Below are positions 58,131 through 64,000 of a stretch of DNA of 64,000 nt, one piece after another. Numbering within the stretch: the first letter of the stretch is position 1; each line of letters opens with the position of its first letter. Both the position numbers and the translations under genes were made by a program. This stretch comes from Camelus ferus (Eukaryota): NCBI RefSeq assembly GCF_009834535.1, contig NC_045711.1, positions 37,138,001-37,202,000 on the forward strand. Reading direction: 5' to 3'. The notes beneath the pieces were generated by a model. It searched no databases and had not been told where the DNA came from. It worked only from the letters and a program-made list of their open reading frames with translations.

Positions 58131-59584
58131 GCTGGACGGATCAGACTGACCAGCAGAAACCAATAATGGGGTTAGGATACGGAGGTTGGAGGTAGGCTCC
58201 ATCTCTGTCGTCCCTGGGACTGCGTTCCTCAGCAAATGCAGCAACCAGGCATCAAACATGTTTCAAACCTGCCTTTTCTGTAGGCTAAGTCGGCATCCAC
58301 TTATCCAAGAAGAGATATTTAGCCACTGTCCAGGGTTCTTCTCTTCCGCGACTATCCCAAGAAGGAATTTCAAGAGCAGCCTTGAAGTGGAAAAGCCGGC
58401 AGAGGCAGAGAATGGCAATTCCATTCGCTTGGCTTTGACAGTGTCAAGAGTATCATGGACAGATTATCGAGTATGGGGCGGGGTGGAGGGGGGGGGAGTG
58501 CTTAGGGTACCGCTGGGCAGCACTGTCTCTATCCACAGCCGCCCGCTGCTTGGATTCCGGTCAGCCACCCTCACGTTGATCCCCAATACCGGAGATTGTG
58601 GGGGTCGAAGAGAGAGCCTTGCTCTGGAATCAGGAGGGCTGATTCCAATCACTAGTGGCTGGATCACTAATTAGTGCTGAGACTGCAGAAGTCACTCCTG
58701 CTCTCTGGCTGTCAGTTTCCCCATCTATAAAATGAGGCAAATATCCTACCCTTCCTACTCACCTAGGAGAACATAGGTGTGAAAGCCTTCCCAACCCCCA
58801 ACTCATATTTCTATGAGTCTGATTAGAATGAAACAGCGATGGCTGCCATGAGCCAGCTGCTCACCACTTTTGTTAGTCTGGTCTCTCCCCACACTGAGAC
58901 CAAGAGCAGGTCTGAGGTATGCAAGAAAGCAGGGGGAAAAATTCCCTGGTGGACCTGTCATCGAGATAGCAGAGTCACTATTGAACACCTGGTTGATTTG
59001 GCCCAAACTCCATTCACCTACCTGGACCTCTATTGCCCTCATATATTGGGGTAGCACCGCTGGTTTGATGACAATAAAATGAGACGCAAAGATGCTGTTA
59101 TTGTAGAGCTACAAGAAAACCAGGGTACTCTTGCCATCTCCACTACCCTAGAGAAATAAAACTGTTAAAAAATGGCTTTCATCTGAGGGGTCCACTCCTC
59201 CCTCACAGGGATGTGCATTTTAACAGAGGAGCGTTTAAGTTGGAGTGTGGTTGAAGGCTTGGGGTCCCCAGGGGCCACCAGGGGAACAGGTGCCTCTCGT
59301 GTCAAGTAAGCCAGGTCTTGCCCTGGTTCTATTCTGGCTCTGACAATTAACTGAAGAAGGCAAAAATGTGTCACAACAAGACAAGAAACAGGCTGGCCCA
59401 GCTGTGTGCAGTGGAAAGAGGATACATACTTGCTTGATAATTTGGGGCAAGTCACTTACCTCTCAGCGCCTCAGTTTTTGCAGCTATAAAACAGGGTATA
59501 AAATAATACTTAGCTCGTTACAAAGATTAGAAATAACATAGGTAAAGCAGACATTCAGTATAATGGTAATGAGTGTTCTCATAT

Positions 59585-60660
59585 TCATTCAGCAAGTATT
59601 TACTGATACGAGAAAAGTGGGCTCAGAAGATAGGGTGGTAAATGATAAACACCTGCCTCCTACCCTCGTAGAGCTTACAGTCTGTGTGAGAAATCAGACT
59701 TAAACAGGGACTAACAATGACATGGGATGTGGGATATAATGATGTCAAGAGGAAGTCACAAGCAAGCTGAGGTCTGAAGGAGGAGTAGAATTTGATTGGC
59801 AAATGGAGCCAGCCCTAGAATCTCAGAGGCCAAGGGAAAAGAGTTTTGCAGGTGAGAGAGTCAACCAAGCCTAGTGATGCTGAGAGAACTTGGTAGGACC
59901 TGGCTAGTCCTACCTGAGTGGACACAAATGGAAAATCCTTGGGCCCTACACCACAGAAGCTGATAAGGGAAGATCAGCCTGGTACTAGCCTAACAAGAAC
60001 TTCAAGGCCTAGAACCCAGACATGAGGGCCGGGTGCAGGATTTTTGTCTGGTAGCAGATGTTTCTGGGCTGATGTAACTGGGGGATGTGAAAGGCAACTG
60101 TGCTGTCATGAGGTGTGTGGTATCTCACTATCTGCAACTGGCAAGACTACTAACCCTGGATGTTCAAAGGAGGCAGAGAGGTGGCACATCCACTCACCTA
60201 CACCCTTATCACTGCCCATCCTTTGCACCCAGATGTAGCATTAGCTGCTTCGGATATAGACCAATTTTAAAAGATCCTTGAACCAAGTCCAACACATCAT
60301 TTTTGCCATCCTTCAACTTGGGTCAGACTTCCAGGTCTGGCCTAGTACGGAGGCCAAGCACAGTGAAGACTGAATAGTGTCCACTTGGTTTATCAACAAG
60401 GAGGCCATAGGTGGCCTTGGCAGGACGAGTTTCAGAGGAGTGCGACAACCAGACAGAGTGGGAGGTAAGAAATAGTAACTATGCTTTTAAGGCATCTGGC
60501 TGTCAAGGGGAGCAGAGAAAGGAAGTAGAAGCTAGAGGGGGATGTGGGGTCCAGGGAGGATTTTTAAGGCTAGGAAAGATTTAAATGACGATGAGAAGGA
60601 GCTTATACAGAGCAAGCAGCTGAAGATTAACAGAGAGGTGTGATTATCAATTAAGTTAGG
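59585..60660 (-). mobile_element. L2 remnants; boundaries approximate
   Basis: ATTCATTCAGCAAGTATTTACTGA start; GGAGGCCATAGGTGGCCTTGG...GAGTTTCAG body. Confidence 0.6.
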
Positions 60661-60679
60661 TCCCCTAAAAGATGAGAGG

Positions 60680-60797
60680 TATAGTGATAAACCATCCCAG
60701 TTTTCCCAGCCGGGTGTGAGGGGTTTAACAAAATTTGGGACTTTCCATTTTAAAACTGGAGCAGCCCTGGGCAGATGGAGACAGACTGGTCACCCTG
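60680..60797. mobile_element. MER81-like hAT-Blackjack MITE
   Basis: 118 bp with right TIR TGGTCACCCTG and a degenerate left TIR. Confidence 0.6.
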
Positions 60798-61103
60798 GTG
60801 AGAGGGCACAGGATGCAGAGCCTAGTGTCAGGCTGGGCCCTGAAAGGAGGAACAGCTCTTCCATGGAGGCAAAAGAAGGAGGAGAAGGGCACAGATGCAG
60901 GGAAGTCTGTGGATTTTATGGTGGAAATTGATAGAATCTCCCCTCTTGTGACTTCTGGCTTCTCTGTGGGGTAGGAGATGTGATCCCCCATTGGTAGTTA
61001 GCTTTAAGCTCCAGCTCCTGCCTTTGCTGCGGGGCCTGGCACATAATAGGTGCTCAATAAAACTGGCTGAAGGAATCAGTAAATGAACAAGACCAGGGGT
61101 AGT

Positions 61104-61504
61104 TATTGCAGGCTGGGTTCTCCATGGAGCAAGCTCTGAGTTGGGGATCAGTGTGCAGGAAGGTTATTGGGGAGCGCTCTTAGCATTAATAACTTGTGGA
61201 AGAGAAGGGAAGGAAGCAGGACTGGGCAGAAGGAGAATTTGAGCTGGGAGCGCTGAAGCTGGCAAGATTCTTCAGAGTTGTCCAGAGTTTAAAGGCCGTG
61301 CTGGGGGTGGGCCTTTAAACCCCCATGTGGATCAGTCATTGGAACAGGCTGCAGGACACTGGGCAAGGCAGGTCACATGAGCAGAGGTAATCCCTGGAGG
61401 GGCTGGTAGCTGAGAGCCATCTGCTGGCAGTACTCCCAGCAGCTGGGGAGTAGATCCTTCAGTCCTGAAGGAGACCTGGGCAGTGCATCACCGAGTCCAT
61501 CATA
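61104..61504 (-). mobile_element. LTR16C-like ERVL solo LTR
   Basis: Minus strand reads TGATGGACTCGGTGATGCACTGCCCAG...CTTCAGGACTGAAGG...CCCCAGCTGCTGGGAG...GAACCCAGCCTGCAATA, matching the LTR16C consensus as recalled. Confidence 0.75.
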
Positions 61505-62049
61505 GGATTGGAAGATTCAGGAAAGTGAGAGATGTTTGAAATAGCTGCTACTATGGTAGAATGGTAATTATGCAGCAGACACAGTGTTAAGTACTGTCAG
61601 CCACTTGGAAGATGCTCTCAGTATGGCCTTGGAGACAGGTAGATACCTGCTGGGAAGTCCAGGAAGGCTTCCTGAAAGAGCAGGTGTTCTGCAGGCAGCT
61701 GAAGTAGCCCAGGGCCCAGCAGAACCATCCCTGGCTCTGGGGAGGCAGGGAGAGGTCTGTAACTCTGCTGGCCTCGGCAGTTGTCCTAGTGCTGGCTGGG
61801 GCTCCTAACTCAGGGAGCAAAGGGGCCTGTGCCCTGGGGGCCTTGGAGGAACTCCTTGAATTTGCCCTTCAGGATCTGGGAAAGGGAGGAGCCCTGCCCC
61901 TGCACAAGCTGCCCGGGGAGCAGGCATCGTTGGAAGGGGCACATGGTGATTTAGGGGAGGAAAGACTGCTCTGGCTGGGAGGGAGTAACATTCAACCCTT
62001 CCTCTACTCCAGGGAATGGCCAGTCAAGAGGGCTGTTCCCAGAAAGATT

Positions 62050-62225
62050 AAGCCCGGTGATCTTGGGCAAGATTCACCATTCTGTACCATATTTTTCTCA
62101 TCCAAAAAATGGGTGTGATAATGGTAACTACCTTGTGGGATCACTGTGAGATTTAAATGAATGGGTACGTGCAAAATTCTTAAAGCAGCACATGGTACGT
62201 AAACTACTGTTACAGCTTAGCTATT
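62050..62225 (+). mobile_element. MIR SINE
   Basis: GTGATCTTGGGCAAG...AAAAATGGGTGTGATAATGGTAACTACC. Confidence 0.65.
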
Positions 62226-64000
62226 GATACAGAGATGAGAGAATATTTGTTCCTCCAGATCCAATATTCCGCAAGCCCCTGGACAAGAGAAGAGAAACCT
62301 CTCAGCTGCCTGCTTTCTGCCCCCTTCCCTAACCCTAAAAGAACAGCTTCAGCAGCAATTGGGGTGGGGGTGGTGGGAGATCTCAGATTTTAGAAGAATG
62401 CTTGTTGTAAAACCTTTCCAATCATTATGTAAGTAAAAACTGTTAAGCCTGCAATTAGTCCAGCTTACTGTTAACCCCTGTTAACAGTTTGGGACACTTT
62501 CCCTGCCTCTCTAATAGCACCATGTCCTGGGTGTATCTGTATGATCCCTGTAGGTATCTTGACACACTGAGTGTTTTCTTATCAGTCTCTGGATCCTCCA
62601 CATCAAGTTAGGATCTGTCCCAGAGGAGGTATTTGGTAATGTTAAACGAGCAGAGCAAATAGAGACAGAACAGATAGGTTGGCCAGGGCCACGGCGGGTA
62701 TCCCTGTGCTCTCACCCCAAACTGGAGGCCACAGAGCTGAAGGGTGGGGGAATCCACATTGGAGACTGGAGGATGCAGGACACTCCTTTCTCAGTACTTA
62801 GCTCCATATCCTGGGTACCACAAACCAACCCCTCCCCTAGTGCCCCACACTCACTTCAGGGTTACCAGGGTAGGAGAAAACCCAGGTGTCTTCATCTTCT
62901 TCAGTGATGACCATCACCATCCCAGGCATTGAGGAATAAAAGAATTTTAAATCAACAGGGCTCAGGAACTTACATTTGCATTTTGCTTTATAACTTACAG
63001 AATAGCTTCTCACCCACCGCCTCACAGTAGCCCTTCAAGGAGATATTTTTATTAGCCCCATTTTATAGATGGAGAAACAGGCTCAGAGGTGAAATGCCTT
63101 TTCTTGAAACACTGAGTATGGCCAGGACTTGAGCCCAGTTCTCTTGTCTCCATTTGCAGCATGTCTGCTGGGTCCTGCTGTCTCAGGCTCTAACTCTGTT
63201 CTGAACCAACTGGAGCAAACTTGGGCTCCTCTCTGGGTCTCAGTTTTACCAGCTGTGTAATGAGAGTTCCTGGTTCTGTGGCTTGATTCTCAATTTTGGC
63301 AGATGGGGCAAATGGGTAGCATGCGGAAAGCATAGGGGGTGGGGAGTCCTCTGATCCCTTTTCCCTCCAGCCCCCAGCTGCTACCTCTCAGTAACCCTTC
63401 CACCCTCTCCCAGTTCCAAACATGTGTAGACTTTTCACTTCCACTTTATTATCACTTCATTTGTAGGATTTTAAGGTTTGTTACCTGGAAGGGAGTGAGG
63501 AGATCACACCTCCAGTTCCGCTTTTCAAATATACCTTCATCACTTGTGAAAATAACCTTATTAACAGCACCTAACCTGCTACAGCTTATGGGGCACCCAG
63601 ATAAGTAAATGCAGAAGGAAACAGGGCAGGGGAAACAGCATAGCTAGCTGGGGTAGCTAGCCTCTGGACCCTTGGGATTTTCTCCCAGCTCTTGGGGGTC
63701 CTGGAGCTGTCATCAGGGTCAGCAGAATGCAGGTGAGGCCCAGAGTATCCTTGAGCAATTGGTCCTAACTTCCCACCTCTTCCTCTGGCTCTCAGAGATC
63801 CTCCAGGAAACAGCTCCCATGCCTCTGCAGCTCTCCTGTCTCCTGGACGCTTGTCCGGGATTGATTCTCCGGGCAGCTCCCCCTCTGAGCAGTAAATGAA
63901 ATATCGGTTACCAGGAGTGAGGTGGGAGGCAATTAACCCCTAGACCTCACTGTGGCAGATGTGTTTGTAGCAAGCTGAAGTGGAGAACCAAGCGCACCTG

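Noticed and set aside
57423-58674. Several 130-167 aa ORFs around the KIF18B promoter
   Set aside because: Stop-poor CpG island sequence with no domain or codon signal
59275-59286. CTCF-like CCACCAGGGGAA (and CCATAGGTGGCC at about 60405)
   Set aside because: Both miss core positions; the second is ordinary L2 sequence
59850-60330. Unassigned segment interrupting the L2 remnants
   Set aside because: Probably another ancient repeat that I cannot name; needs RepeatMasker/Dfam
58130-64000. C1QL1 or another gene expected by synteny
   Set aside because: No C1q or collagen-like exon visible; it would lie beyond the window end

Overview
Mammalian genomic DNA, almost certainly a camelid (alpaca/llama/camel), judged from seven copies of a tRNA-Ala(AGC)-headed Vic-1-type SINE. 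The window is syntenic with human 17q21.31. Left to right it holds: the 5' part of EFTUD2 (minus; exon 1 and coding exons 3-9 visible, the ATG-bearing exon 2 not visible), a shared CpG-island promoter, CCDC103/DNAAF19 (plus, 235 aa), single-exon FAM187A (plus, 414 aa), complete GFAP (minus, 428-aa alpha form plus an intact delta/epsilon exon 7a and its known promoter elements), complete KIF18B (minus, about 837-848 aa depending on start codon and acceptor choice), and about 6 kb of repeat-rich upstream DNA. All listed exon boundaries were checked for GT/AG and phase. No prokaryotic-type system or CRISPR array is present. The most interesting points are: (1) a TAG at codon 3 of the GFAP-kappa read-through frame; (2) an open in-frame 33-codon N-terminal extension of GFAP; (3) an early stop, a 6-aa insertion and an altered SxLP motif in the KIF18B tail; (4) two adjacent mirtron-like KIF18B introns; (5) RFX X-boxes at the CCDC103 promoter and in the GFAP 3'UTR, with three strong CTCF motifs, one inside a MIR; (6) a candidate splice acceptor that could link FAM187A to the CCDC103 promoter. 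Comparisons to human orthologs and repeat consensuses are from memory and were not verified by database search.
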